Below, piece after piece: positions 27,310-39,145 of a stretch of DNA of 64,000 bases (positions are counted from its first letter, which is position 1; every line of letters starts with the position of its first letter). The notes below the pieces were generated by a model. It did not search any database, was not told the DNA's origin, and worked only from the letters and a program-made list of their open reading frames with translations. Source of the stretch: Chloroflexota bacterium. Its GTDB lineage: Bacteria; Bacteroidota; Ignavibacteria; Kapaibacteriales; UBA2268. The stretch covers positions 93,944-157,943 of the forward strand of contig JBLNBN010000039.1 of assembly GCA_050260015.1 (NCBI GenBank), read 5' to 3'. Made by a program: the position numbers and the translations under genes.

Positions 27310-29055
27310 ATGACAAAAAAATTCTTAGTTCCCGCGCTACTTGCAGCGATCCTGCTTGCTGCGGCGCCCGGCACGCAACTTCGCTCCCAAGGAGACGAGG
27401 CGTTCCGTATCAAGCTGGAGAGCATTTTTTATAAATTCAAGAATTACCGCTTTTCCACTATCTCCATTTACAGATTGCGCGACATCAAAGACATCCGTAA
27501 CGCAATCAAGGCCAGGGAAGACGCCCAGGCGGGCGGCGGCGAAGTCAAAGAAGGCAACGCCGATTGCGTCAATAAAGCCGACCGGGCTATTACCTCGCTT
27601 GTTGAGAGCGAAGTAAACCAGGGAGCCTCATTCCTCGGAGTTCAACGCGCGTTGCTGACTCGCGGTTTGGACGCCCCTGCGGATTTGCAGTGCATCTACG
27701 ACTACTATATGAGCCGCACGCAAGTCGCCGTTAAGCAGATTAAAAACGTTTACGCAGTTACTACCCGTATGTCCGACCGCGACCAGATGGTGCCGTCGAC
27801 CATTATCGGCGTTATCGTCTCCTACGATGATAACGAAGACATTAAGCGTAACGTCGACCCTGCGAACCCTACAAACATCTTTACGTACCCTGAGCTCGTT
27901 TCCTTCGAACTCGATCCGGGAACGTACCGCGCCAATAATCTTTATGAATTGGTGCAAAACTCTTTCCGCCAGAACAACGTTGAAAATAAAACGCTTGAAG
28001 CCCAGGGAATTGGAACCTTCATGCGTTTCGCTCCTCCGAAGTACGGCACGTCGCTCTCGCTCATTTCCAGCGAAGCTGAAATTACTTCCTACGACGTCCA
28101 GAACTTCATACGCATCAGCGAAGGCCAACCGCAACAAATGACCAAGAACAACGAGGTCATCGTTAGCCCCGACCTTATTAGCTGGCGTCAATACCAGGGT
28201 GAGTACTATACTAACGAAGACGGCACGGTAGACACCATCTCCTCCGTTACCAATCATAACTTGCCGAAGATCGGCGTAGAGCTTCGCTACGGCATCGAAG
28301 AGATTAACTATCCTTCGCTTTGGAGCGAACGCCTCACGTTGTCGGCTCTATGGAAGAACGTAAAATTAGGCTTAATACTTCCCACAGCCGGATGGAGCTC
28401 TATGACGAGCGACCTCTTCGAGGTTGAGCGCAAGCTAACCCACGGCGGAACCGGCGTTGCCGGCCAGGCGGACTTCCCTATGCCCGTCATTCCAAATTCC
28501 GGGATATTCCACTTTAGCTTAGGCTACGTATTCGGCAACGCTAAGCCCGCTTCCTACAAGAATCGCGACTTAACCCCCGATAACTTCCCGACTGGCGGCA
28601 TCGATCCTACTAATCTGTTTTACAACGATTACCTCGTTAGATTTAACGGCCAATTCCACTATACGTTCGGAATCGCAATTGACGACGATTACTTACTGCG
28701 CTTCGGCATCGGCGCTACAGCATACACGATGGAACGTTGGACGGACGCGCTCGAGTTGAATCCTGAAACCGGCGACAAGGTAGTATTCCGTAAAGCTGGC
28801 GAAGAAACCGTCGGCGGTCTCTCCGGGAAAATTGAATTCATGAGCACGAACGTTTCGACTCCTTACGGAGCCTCGGCGCAATACTTTGACGAAGGAATTT
28901 ACGGCAACGTTTGGTTGCAAATTCCGGTAATAGAAAATACGTTTGCGCTTCGTCTTGACGCAAAGGGCTACTTTAAGCCTTTCGCAGACGAACCGCGCCC
29001 ATGGGAAAACGACAGCGTCTTCCTTCCCTCGGCGCGTCTTATAGTCAATTTCTAG
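27310..29055 (+). CDS. Predicted outer-membrane beta-barrel-like protein (paralog 1)
   Basis: Signal peptide 'MTKKFLVPALLAAILLAAAP'. Alternating hydrophobic C-terminus ending 'SARLIVNF' with terminal Phe. Confidence 0.5.
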   Translation: MTKKFLVPALLAAILLAAAPGTQLRSQGDEAFRIKLESIFYKFKNYRFSTISIYRLRDIKDIRNAIKAREDAQAGGGEVKEGNADCVNKADRAITSLVESEVNQGASFLGVQRALLTRGLDAPADLQCIYDYYMSRTQVAVKQIKNVYAVTTRMSDRDQMVPSTIIGVIVSYDDNEDIKRNVDPANPTNIFTYPELVSFELDPGTYRANNLYELVQNSFRQNNVENKTLEAQGIGTFMRFAPPKYGTSLSLISSEAEITSYDVQNFIRISEGQPQQMTKNNEVIVSPDLISWRQYQGEYYTNEDGTVDTISSVTNHNLPKIGVELRYGIEEINYPSLWSERLTLSALWKNVKLGLILPTAGWSSMTSDLFEVERKLTHGGTGVAGQADFPMPVIPNSGIFHFSLGYVFGNAKPASYKNRDLTPDNFPTGGIDPTNLFYNDYLVRFNGQFHYTFGIAIDDDYLLRFGIGATAYTMERWTDALELNPETGDKVVFRKAGEETVGGLSGKIEFMSTNVSTPYGASAQYFDEGIYGNVWLQIPVIENTFALRLDAKGYFKPFADEPRPWENDSVFLPSARLIVNF

Positions 29056-29117
29056 GATAAATCATCGTTCAACTAATTAACTGTATTGTCTATTACTTGG
29101 AAAGAAAAATAATAATT

Positions 29118-30539
29118 ATGAAAAAATACCTCGTAGCCTTATTAGTGATATTGAGCTTTGCCGTTGTGAAGGCTCAAGACATCGTGGACAGACAGGGCAT
29201 AATCGACTCGTTGACGACAATCGACCCTGAAATACAACGTTACTTCCCCCGTTGGAAGGTATGCGAACCCGATTTACAGATACAGATCTGGCAGTCTTTC
29301 GTATACCGCGGCGACGATAAGAGCAAATTAAGCCGGGACAACATTGAAATATTAGCCGCTCCGCGCGAATATGATACCGATCCGTTCGAGATCTTAATGA
29401 TCACTTGCGGACAGAGCTCTATGAATTCCGTCGAGATCGAGGCCACCATGGGCGACATCTTGCTCGGCTTCCTCTCCGGCGACATGGTTTACCAGGGCGA
29501 AATGCGCGGCGAACGCAATAGAGTAGCTAAAAGAGACTATTGCTATACGGACATTCCGATAGACATTCCGCTTACCTCCTCGCAAGCCGAAGTAATAATT
29601 AACTACCTCGAGCCGACGAACGTGACTCACGCTTTCTCGATTTCTCTCTTCGAGCAATCCCTGAAAGTTGGCGAAACTGGCTTCTGGCTGCGCAATCAAA
29701 TCGGTACCGATCGTATCGGCTACCATTTTTGGCAGAGCGGCGAATCCAAGATCGTTCTTCAAAGACCTCTTTACGTAAACGACGACTCGAGAACCCGCGG
29801 CGGCATCCCGTACCTTATCAACGCCTACCTAGGCGGCGCTTACAGGGTTAAGAGCGGTCTCGCTAATTCTACGCCCGTGCTCAGCTGGATCGGCCAGCGC
29901 AAGCTCAATAGCGTATCCGACGGTAAATTTGTCGGCGGCTTTGACTTCCACATGCCGTTCAACCCCGAAACCGGCGTTAGCTTAAATCTTGAATTACCCT
30001 TTAAGAGAGTGCAACCGCAAAATATAGCTCTATCGGAATATTTTGTTTACGCTCCGTTAGAAGATGGCGCAGTAAACCTCTACGACGGCTCTCCCGTCAA
30101 TTTCATAGCTCCCGTTCTTCGTTCCTCCGGCCAATTCACCGGTTTTTACCACTGGTGGTTGGACAGGAAGAACCCCGAAAACTATATCCGCTTCGACGCA
30201 GGTATCAGCTACGCGGAAGTTCGTGAAATGGCAATCGTCGGCGATTCCGTAAGCGGCTCATGGACTATGACCAACGAGGCTACGGGTCTTCGCACCTTCA
30301 AGCCTAAAGAATTCGGCGACTACGTTTACCTTAAGGTAGAATACCGTAATCAAGCCGCTTACCCGTTCGGCATGAGCGCTCAATACTCGAACCAGATCTT
30401 CTTAGGCAGGGTTTACATCCCGCTCTTTAGCAACTGGCTCTACCTCGAGGGCAAGTTCTCGACACCGTTGCGCGGCGTTAGACCCTTCGAGCAAGAGAAT
30501 TTCTTTATGATATCGCCGGTATTAAGGCTGACTATCTAA
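29118..30539 (+). CDS. Predicted outer-membrane/secreted protein (paralog 2)
   Basis: Signal peptide 'MKKYLVALLVILSFAVVKAQ'. C-terminal region is similar to the upstream gene ('GRVYIPLFSNWLYLEGKF...ISPVLRLTI' vs 'GNVWLQIPVIENTFALRLDAKGYF...SARLIVNF'). Confidence 0.5.
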   Translation: MKKYLVALLVILSFAVVKAQDIVDRQGIIDSLTTIDPEIQRYFPRWKVCEPDLQIQIWQSFVYRGDDKSKLSRDNIEILAAPREYDTDPFEILMITCGQSSMNSVEIEATMGDILLGFLSGDMVYQGEMRGERNRVAKRDYCYTDIPIDIPLTSSQAEVIINYLEPTNVTHAFSISLFEQSLKVGETGFWLRNQIGTDRIGYHFWQSGESKIVLQRPLYVNDDSRTRGGIPYLINAYLGGAYRVKSGLANSTPVLSWIGQRKLNSVSDGKFVGGFDFHMPFNPETGVSLNLELPFKRVQPQNIALSEYFVYAPLEDGAVNLYDGSPVNFIAPVLRSSGQFTGFYHWWLDRKNPENYIRFDAGISYAEVREMAIVGDSVSGSWTMTNEATGLRTFKPKEFGDYVYLKVEYRNQAAYPFGMSAQYSNQIFLGRVYIPLFSNWLYLEGKFSTPLRGVRPFEQENFFMISPVLRLTI

Positions 30540-30652
30540 TTTGGCGATTCGAATCTGAAATATTCCCCCAACGATTAATAAATATTATATAGTTGGGGGA
30601 AATTTTTTTATTAATTTTGGACTTTCAGCAATAGCATAATCAGGGATATAGA

Positions 30653-31996
30653 ATGCAGCATTGGACTATAAAGCGCTCGCTTTTTTTACTCGCAGTACTA
30701 GCCGCTACTTTTAACCTTGCGCACGCGCAAAACGATCGAAAGCAGGTCAACGAAGACTCATTGCGAAAAGAATTGCTTGAGGACGCTAAGGTAACGGCAG
30801 CTAGAAAAGAAATTGAAATTACTGTGCGCAGCGTGGATATAAGCAAATTCCCCCAGGTTAAGATCATAATTGAGGCTTATAATAAATTAGGCGAACCCCT
30901 GGATAGTCTTACTAGCGAGAACCTCTGGGTTTACGAGAACGGCGTTCAGAAAAAGGTTCTCGAGGTTAGGAAAATACCCGTTGCGGACCAAATCGCCGTC
31001 GACTTCGTCCTTCTAATGGATAGAACGGGCTCGATGCAACAGAACATTAACGCAGTTCGCTCGAACATATCTACGTTCAGCCGCAACCTTATGAAGCGCG
31101 GTATCGATTCACGCCTGGGTCTTATTATTTTCGGGGATGAAATAGACAAAGTCTATCAACCGACTAACAATATTCTTACATTTCTTGATTGGATATCCCC
31201 GTTGCAAGCGCAGGGCGGCGGCGACGAGAAGGAAAACGCGCTCGAAGCGCTGGAAGCTCTCGCAAAGATCAACTGGCGAAGAGAAGCTATTAAGGTGGCC
31301 GTTCTAATCACCGACGCGCCGTACCACCAGGCAGGCGAAGAGGGGTTCGGGCTAACTAATCAAACGACGAATTCAATAATCGAATTGATGCAGCGCAACG
31401 AAATTCGCGTGTTCTGCATCGTCCCGCCGAGGCTGACCGGCTACCAAACTATCGCAACGAAAACGAGGGGCAGCGCGTTCGATATCGATTATCCCTTTTC
31501 CACTATATTGGATAACTTTTCAAACCAGCTGACAAACCTGTTCTCCTTAACGTACAACTCCGGCCAAAGCGCACTACCGGATTCTATCGAGATAGCTCTC
31601 TTTAATAAAGGCCAGCAACGCCTGGTAAAGAAGACTATTCCTATTGTTGAATTGGGCCGAAAGCTGATCATCGAGAACCTGCTCTTTGAGACTAACAAGT
31701 TTACTCTACCAGATAACGTCGGGGAATTAAATCTTTTGGCTGATTTTCTCCGCGCTAAATCGACGGTGGAGATACTTATTGAAGGACATACCGACAACGT
31801 GGGCAGCGCTTCGGTAAACTTAAAGCTTAGCGAACTGCGCGCGCAGGCGGTAAAGGAATACCTGGTAAAGAAGGGGATTGCGGACGCGAGGATCCAAACG
31901 AAGGGCTTTGGGAAAACTAAACCAATAGCTACAAATAAAACTGAGTTTGGGCGTCAGCTCAACCGTCGAACCGAGATTGTGATACTTTCAAAATAA
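30653..31996 (+). CDS. vWA-domain / OmpA-domain fusion protein (paralog of 11993-13411)
   Basis: Signal peptide. MIDAS 'FVLLMDRTGSMQ'. OmpA_C 'IEGHTDNVGSASVNLKLSELRAQAV...NRRTEIVIL'. Confidence 0.8.
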   Translation: MQHWTIKRSLFLLAVLAATFNLAHAQNDRKQVNEDSLRKELLEDAKVTAARKEIEITVRSVDISKFPQVKIIIEAYNKLGEPLDSLTSENLWVYENGVQKKVLEVRKIPVADQIAVDFVLLMDRTGSMQQNINAVRSNISTFSRNLMKRGIDSRLGLIIFGDEIDKVYQPTNNILTFLDWISPLQAQGGGDEKENALEALEALAKINWRREAIKVAVLITDAPYHQAGEEGFGLTNQTTNSIIELMQRNEIRVFCIVPPRLTGYQTIATKTRGSAFDIDYPFSTILDNFSNQLTNLFSLTYNSGQSALPDSIEIALFNKGQQRLVKKTIPIVELGRKLIIENLLFETNKFTLPDNVGELNLLADFLRAKSTVEILIEGHTDNVGSASVNLKLSELRAQAVKEYLVKKGIADARIQTKGFGKTKPIATNKTEFGRQLNRRTEIVILSK

Positions 31997-32261
31997 AATC
32001 ATCGCCCGTTTCCCGTTCGCGATCAATAAATTCCCGGACGGCGGGCTTGACGAACATATCGTCGCTATTTCCGGCTGAAGCGAGACAACGTGCAAATATA
32101 TTTGCCGCCGCTTCAGCCGATGTGTTTTTGTTCAACAGGACGACCTTTTCTTCGTTAACGTAGCAGAATCCGCTCTTAAATCTACCGGAATCCCGCCTGA
32201 TCTTAAATCCCTGGGACTTTACCAATTCCTCTAATTCGCTGGCTATTTCCTTTATCTTCAT
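31959..32261 (-). CDS. Hypothetical small protein (100 aa)
   Basis: Start codon overlaps the stop of the upstream membrane-protein gene (ATGA). 3' end overlaps the convergent vWA-OmpA gene by 38 nt. Confidence 0.35.
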   Translation of the reverse strand: MKIKEIASELEELVKSQGFKIRRDSGRFKSGFCYVNEEKVVLLNKNTSAEAAANIFARCLASAGNSDDMFVKPAVREFIDRERETGDDFILKVSQSRFDG

Positions 32262-32824
32262 TCGACGATTTCCTTAGCCGCTATCGCTTCGGCTTTGCTT
32301 TGTGAAAGCGGTCGCCATATTACGTAAAGCAAGGCAGTGAGATTTGCCAAAAATGCAAGGCTCGTGCCGGTCGTAAAAGCGACGTTCTTAAATCTCGGTA
32401 TCAGGTAGTTTTGGATCGCCGGATCAGCAAAATCCTTGACGTTTCCATAATATACCGCCAGGCTTAACTTTACGTCCATCCAAAGGAGGTAAAGTTCCAT
32501 CGGCGAAGCTAAAAAGAAAAGTATAAACGCCATAAACAGCCACCCCTCGCGCTTCATTTGCTTTCTTAGCAAGAAGAATAAAACTATCGCTGTAAGGAAA
32601 GCCGCAATATAGGCAACGCCTGGATAGAGCGCGAGCGTAGCGAACAGGTACGCGGAATGCATACGTATTTCGTTCGTATAATGCGTTTTAAGAAGCATAT
32701 CGGCCGTGGGGTAGAATAAGTCGAACCCTACCGCCGAACGTACTAAATTGCCTCCAAACCATATTAAAAAGCCGATTGAAAAAGCAGTGAGCAGTATTTT
32801 TACGAGTTTTGTGTTGTAATGCAT
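32258..32824 (-). CDS. Hypothetical polytopic membrane protein (188 aa)
   Basis: At least 5 hydrophobic helices. No motif recognised. Confidence 0.5.
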   Translation of the reverse strand: MHYNTKLVKILLTAFSIGFLIWFGGNLVRSAVGFDLFYPTADMLLKTHYTNEIRMHSAYLFATLALYPGVAYIAAFLTAIVLFFLLRKQMKREGWLFMAFILFFLASPMELYLLWMDVKLSLAVYYGNVKDFADPAIQNYLIPRFKNVAFTTGTSLAFLANLTALLYVIWRPLSQSKAEAIAAKEIVE

Positions 32825-32907
32825 AGCTACAGTATATATTTCTTTATAGGCAAATTTACGAAATTTACTCTTAATTACTTATTGATTCGATTGACTTATA
32901 TAAGAAT

Positions 32908-34170
32908 TTAAATCAGGTCGGTCCTAACTCTTTTGATGTTGGCGCCGAGGGATTCCAATTTCTTTTCCAGGGCTTCGTAGCCGCGGTCTAAATGATAGAT
33001 CCTGAGCACTTCCGTTTTTCCTTCGGCGACTAAAGCCGAGAGTATCAGGCTCGCGGAAGCGCGTAAATCGCTTGACATAACGATAGCCCCGGAGAGCCTT
33101 TTGCCGCCTTTTATAATCGCCGAGTTGTCGATTACTTCAATGTCGGCGCCGAGCCTTTGCAGCTCGGGCACATGTTTAAACCGGTCGCTGTAAATAGTGT
33201 CCGTCACCCGCGAAACGCCTTCGGCGCATAGCATATAAGCGGTCCATTGCGCCTGTATGTCGGTCGGGATGCCGGGATAAATCGCCGTCGTTATATCCGT
33301 AGGAGTCGGGGCGGCGTCGGATTCAATTAAGATAGTATCGTTGTTAACGTCTATAGCGCATCCCGCGTTCTCAAGCTTAGCGATAACGGACGCGAGGTGA
33401 TAGGGATTGACTTTCTCGAGTTCTACCTTTCCCTTAGTCATAGCTGCGGCAATTAAGAAAGTAGCGGCTTCTATTCTATCGGGTATAACGATTTCGTCGA
33501 CCGGCTTAAGGGAGTCGACGCCTTCGATTTCGAGAACGCTTGTGCCGATGCCTTCAATCTTAGCTCCCATCTTGCAAAGCATCCGGGCGAGAGCGGTTAT
33601 TTCAGGTTCCATTGCGGCGTTAGTAAGCTGCGTAGATCCTTTAGCGAGCGTGGCGGCCATCAGCAAATTACCGGTGGCTCCAACGCTGGAGATATCGAAA
33701 TGGAATTTACCGCCCGACAATCTATCGGCCTCGGCGAGCACGTACCCGCTTTCAAGGGAGATTTTGGCGCCTAACTTTTCAAGACCTTTAAGGTGAAGAT
33801 CCACAGGGCGAGGGCCCCACGCGCAACCGCCGGGAAGAGAGACTTTAGCCGAACCGTACCGCGCTACGAGAGGTCCGAGGACGTAGAAGGAAGCGCGCAT
33901 TTTCTTTACGTGCTCGTACGGGGCTTCGAATTTAGTGATTTCGCGGGAGTCCAAGAAAAGTTCGCCGTCGTTTAGCTCGCTAAACGCTCCAAGTTCCCCC
34001 AACAGGCGGGACATCGTCCAGACGTCGCGTAGATTGGGCACGTTGTCAAGCTTGTAAATTCCCGGGGCTAGGATCGCGGCGGGCATAAGAGCTAACGCGC
34101 CGTTTTTCGAGCCGCTTACTTTTAGCCTACCGCGAAGACGAGCTCCGCCCTCCACTATCAATTTATCCAT
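32908..34170 (-). CDS. murA: UDP-N-acetylglucosamine 1-carboxyvinyltransferase
   Basis: EPSP-synthase fold 'KVSGSKNGALALMPAAILA', 420 aa. Active-site loop 'LPGGCAWGPRPVDLH' carries the catalytic Cys. Confidence 0.9.
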   Translation of the reverse strand: MDKLIVEGGARLRGRLKVSGSKNGALALMPAAILAPGIYKLDNVPNLRDVWTMSRLLGELGAFSELNDGELFLDSREITKFEAPYEHVKKMRASFYVLGPLVARYGSAKVSLPGGCAWGPRPVDLHLKGLEKLGAKISLESGYVLAEADRLSGGKFHFDISSVGATGNLLMAATLAKGSTQLTNAAMEPEITALARMLCKMGAKIEGIGTSVLEIEGVDSLKPVDEIVIPDRIEAATFLIAAAMTKGKVELEKVNPYHLASVIAKLENAGCAIDVNNDTILIESDAAPTPTDITTAIYPGIPTDIQAQWTAYMLCAEGVSRVTDTIYSDRFKHVPELQRLGADIEVIDNSAIIKGGKRLSGAIVMSSDLRASASLILSALVAEGKTEVLRIYHLDRGYEALEKKLESLGANIKRVRTDLI

Positions 34171-34336
34171 TTATTCTCTCTTTTGCTTTTTAAAATACAA
34201 AAATAAGATTAAAAGTAGTATTGTAAAAGGGATATTCTAAGAATGCCTTGCTCCGCGTGAAAAGAGGAATTGTTTTTTCTTTGGTAATTGCGTAATTTTG
34301 CAAATTGAAGGAGTTTAAATTCTCATTAAAATATGA

Positions 34337-35818
<1,482 letters not shown>

Positions 35819-35855
35819 AAGCAGGCTCGAATAGCTGGTTAATTAAGGAGAAAAA

Positions 35856-36122
35856 ATGGACGGCAAGTATTTGAACGTGAATATAATAACTCCTCAAAAG
35901 AAATTTTTCGAGGGCGACGCTCGCTCGATAACTCTTCCGGGCAGCAAGTCCCCATTCCAAGTATTAATAAACCACGCGCCGATCGTTACATCGCTCGAGC
36001 GCGGTAGAATTACCATCGAATCCGACGACGGCGAAAAGCTCTTTTTCGAAAGCGGCGAAGGATTCGCGGAAGTTCGCGAGAATCATGTATACGTTGCGGT
36101 GGAGAGCTGCCGCCAAATTTGA
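35856..36122 (+). CDS. atpC: F0F1 ATP synthase subunit epsilon, short form (88 aa, beta-sandwich domain only)
   Basis: 'LNVNIITPQK...FEGDA'. Directly downstream of atpD. Lacks the C-terminal helical hairpin. Confidence 0.8.
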   Translation: MDGKYLNVNIITPQKKFFEGDARSITLPGSKSPFQVLINHAPIVTSLERGRITIESDDGEKLFFESGEGFAEVRENHVYVAVESCRQI

Positions 36123-36135
36123 GGAATAGATCAAA

Positions 36136-37605
36136 ATGCAGATAAATAAAATAGCTTTCGAGGGGCTGACGTACGACGACGTGCTTCTTTTGCCCGCTTA
36201 TTCGGAAGTTTTGCCGCGCGAGACCCGGCTCGAGACCCGGTTAACGCGGAAAATTCACCTGAACCTACCATTCATCAGCGCTGCCATGGACACCGTAACG
36301 GAAGCCGAAATGGCGCGCGCCGTCGCTCGCGAGGGCGGCATCGGCGTTATTCACAAGAATATGTCGATCGAAGATCAAGCCGACCAGGTAGATCGGGTTA
36401 AGCGCAGCGAAAGCGGCATGATAATGAAGCCGATTACGCTGACCGGCGACAAAACGGTTGCCGACGCGCTCGAGCTAATGGGGAAATTCCATATCTCGGG
36501 CATTCCTATAGTCGACGAGAACAACGTGCTTCGCGGCATAATAACCAACCGCGACCTGCGTTTCCGCCCGCACTCCTCGGAGCGCATCGACGCGATAATG
36601 ACGAAGGACAACCTGATCACCGTGCCAAACGGAACTACGCTGGAAGAAGCCGAAGAATTGCTCCAGCGCAACCGGATTGAAAAGCTCCCCGTCGTGGACG
36701 AAAACTACACGCTGCAGGGCTTGATTACATTCAAGGATATATTAAAGAAAAAGCTCCACCCGATAGCGTGCAAGGACGAGCAGGGCAGGCTCCGCGTAGC
36801 GGCGGCGGTCGGCGTCTCGGGCGATACGCTCGAACGCGTCGCGGCCCTAGTCGAGGTAGGCGTCGACGCCGTGTTTGTGGATACGTCGCACGGCCACAGC
36901 CGCGGCGTATTGGAAACGGTAAAAAGAATAAAAGCTAAATACGGCGAGCTGCAAATTGTCGCGGGAAACATAGTGACGGCTGAAGCCGCCGAAGCTCTCG
37001 CCGACCATGGCGCGGACGCCGTTAAGGTGGGCATCGGGCCGGGTTCTATCTGCACGACGCGCATCGTCGCAGGCGTCGGGGCTCCGCAGCTGACTGCCGT
37101 AATGAACGTGGCGGAAGCGACCCAAAAATTAGGCATTCCGTTAATTGCCGACGGCGGCATTAAGCAAACGGGCGACGCGGCCAAAGCTATAGCAGGCGGC
37201 GCCGATTCCGTTATGATAGGGAACCTCTTCGCAGGCCACGAGGAAAGCCCCGGCGAAAAGCTTATCTACGAGGGCAGAGTCTACAAATACTATCGCGGCA
37301 TGGGCTCGATCTCCGCTATGAAGCAGGGGTCGGCGGACAGGTACTTCCAGGATATGGAAGAAGAAATTTCGAAATTCGTACCGGAAGGCATCGAAGGCCG
37401 CGTACCGTTCAAAGGCAACGTAGCCGACACTGTCTACCAGCTCGTGGGCGGCTTGCGCTCCGCAATGGGCTACTGCGGCTGCCGGACGATCGAGGAAATG
37501 AAGCAAAAAGCCAGGTTCAACAAGATTACCGCGGCCGGATTTAGGGAATCGCATCCTCATACGGTCCAGATAACGAAGGAATCTCCGAATTACTTCGTCC
37601 AATAA
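36136..37605 (+). CDS. guaB: IMP dehydrogenase
   Basis: CBS pair. Catalytic loop '[11 protein letters not shown]'. 'GGIKQTGD'. Confidence 0.95.
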   Translation: MQINKIAFEGLTYDDVLLLPAYSEVLPRETRLETRLTRKIHLNLPFISAAMDTVTEAEMARAVAREGGIGVIHKNMSIEDQADQVDRVKRSESGMIMKPITLTGDKTVADALELMGKFHISGIPIVDENNVLRGIITNRDLRFRPHSSERIDAIMTKDNLITVPNGTTLEEAEELLQRNRIEKLPVVDENYTLQGLITFKDILKKKLHPIACKDEQGRLRVAAAVGVSGDTLERVAALVEVGVDAVFVDTSHGHSRGVLETVKRIKAKYGELQIVAGNIVTAEAAEALADHGADAVKVGIGPGSICTTRIVAGVGAPQLTAVMNVAEATQKLGIPLIADGGIKQTGDAAKAIAGGADSVMIGNLFAGHEESPGEKLIYEGRVYKYYRGMGSISAMKQGSADRYFQDMEEEISKFVPEGIEGRVPFKGNVADTVYQLVGGLRSAMGYCGCRTIEEMKQKARFNKITAAGFRESHPHTVQITKESPNYFVQ

Positions 37606-37675
37606 TTTTGCGCGAAAATGCGTAAATGTAAAAAAGTAAATGATGATTAATTAAATATATTCACGGAAGCAAAAT

Positions 37676-38788
37676 ATGGCTGATACACAAGCATACCCGG
37701 CGATTATAGACAAAAGGCTGGAACAAGTCCGATTCTCGATGCGCGACGACTTTAAGGTCGACGCGGTCGTTATTACTTACCTGCCCAATATTCGCTATTT
37801 AACTAACTTCTCCGGCTCCGCAGCCACGCTCGTCATTATGCAGGACAAGCTGCACTTCATTACCGACGACCGATACGAGGAGCAAATAAAAGGGGAGCTT
37901 TTTGAACTTCCGGACTTGCATACTCATATTACTCGCGACGTCTGGGGACTCCTCTCCTCGAGCGACGCGTTCGCCGATATTTCTTCGATAGGCTTCGAGG
38001 CGGATAAGATGCCTTACGCCGAAGCCGTGGAAATTCGCAATAAGATTAAGCCACTTAAGTTTAAACCTGCCCCGAACGCGCTCGAACGCTTTACACAGGC
38101 GAAGGGCCCCGAAGAGCTCGAATACGTTAAAAGCTCCTGCGCGATCGCCGAGCAAGTATACAATCATATACTGACTTATATCAAGCCCGGTATTACCGAG
38201 ATGGATATTTCGCTCGAGATCATTTACCAGCTCTATAAATTAGGCAGCGAGGGCCAGGCGTTCGATACGATCGTCGTCTCCGGCGAGCGCGGAGCGCTGG
38301 TTCACGGCAAGCCGAGCATGAAGAAGATCCATAAGAACGACATAATTACGATGGACTTCGGCGCGAGGGTTAACGGGTTCTGCTCGGACATCACGCGCAC
38401 GGTATGCGTAGGCAAAGCCACCAAAGAGCAAAAGGCGGTATACGCGGTGCTTTACAAAGCCCTGAATCACTCGATAGACGTAGTTAAGCCCGGCATGAAG
38501 GGCAAAACGCTCGACTTGGCGGCGCGGAAGGTGATAGAGGACGGCGGTTACGCCGAGCACGTCTACAAGCACTCCCTTGGGCACGGCCTGGGGCTCGAGG
38601 TGCACGAAAAGCCGCTTATCAACTATCGCTACGAGGACGTCCCGATCCCGGACGAATGCGTTATAGCGATAGAGCCGGGCGTTTACATCCCGAACCGCTT
38701 CGGCATCCGCCTGGAGGACAACGTATTCGTAACGCGGCGCGGCGCGCAACGCCTTACGAACTGCCCCCCGGAACTTATTAGCATATAG
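37676..38788 (+). CDS. pepP: Xaa-Pro aminopeptidase (M24 family)
   Basis: 'HSLGHGLGLEVHE', 'DFGARVNGFCSDITRT', 370 aa. Confidence 0.85.
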   Translation: MADTQAYPAIIDKRLEQVRFSMRDDFKVDAVVITYLPNIRYLTNFSGSAATLVIMQDKLHFITDDRYEEQIKGELFELPDLHTHITRDVWGLLSSSDAFADISSIGFEADKMPYAEAVEIRNKIKPLKFKPAPNALERFTQAKGPEELEYVKSSCAIAEQVYNHILTYIKPGITEMDISLEIIYQLYKLGSEGQAFDTIVVSGERGALVHGKPSMKKIHKNDIITMDFGARVNGFCSDITRTVCVGKATKEQKAVYAVLYKALNHSIDVVKPGMKGKTLDLAARKVIEDGGYAEHVYKHSLGHGLGLEVHEKPLINYRYEDVPIPDECVIAIEPGVYIPNRFGIRLEDNVFVTRRGAQRLTNCPPELISI

Positions 38789-38910
38789 TTGGAAAAATTA
38801 AAAAATGTGGAAAAGTATTTTGCTTTAGGAACTTTTTCTTATATTTGTAATCCTAAAGAATTGGAAAATTGAATAATTTATTGAAATAGTTATAAAAGCG
38901 AAGGTGCAGA

Positions 38911-39054
38911 ATGAAAAGAACTTACCAACCGAGCCGCCGCAAGCGCGTCAATAAGCATGGCTTTCGCGCTCGTATGGCGTCGAAGAACGGACGCAAGGTG
39001 TTGGCCCGCAGACGCGCAAAGGGCAGGCACAAACTTACGGTCAGCGACGAATAG
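38911..39054 (+). CDS. rpmH: 50S ribosomal protein L34 (47 aa, too short for the ORF track)
   Basis: Manual translation: [47 protein letters not shown]. Confidence 0.9.
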   Translation: MKRTYQPSRRKRVNKHGFRARMASKNGRKVLARRRAKGRHKLTVSDE

Positions 39055-39079
39055 CGGCTCGCGAGCGAGCAATGTATCT

Positions 39080-39127
39080 ATGGGGCTTTCTTTACCTTCG
39101 ATTAAAGGCAGCCCCATATTTTTTATA
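39080..39127 (+). terminator. Hairpin plus T-tract between rpmH and rnpA (possible attenuator)
   Basis: ATGGGGCT (39080-39087) / AGCCCCAT (39110-39117) with a 22-nt loop, then ATTTTTTA. Confidence 0.4.
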
Positions 39128-39145
39128 TGATAACCGCACGACTCA

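Noticed and set aside
37141-37602. 153 aa antisense ORF within guaB and similar ORFs within pepP (38240-38749) and hutU (15636-16022)
   Set aside because: Reverse-frame artefacts inside highly conserved genes.
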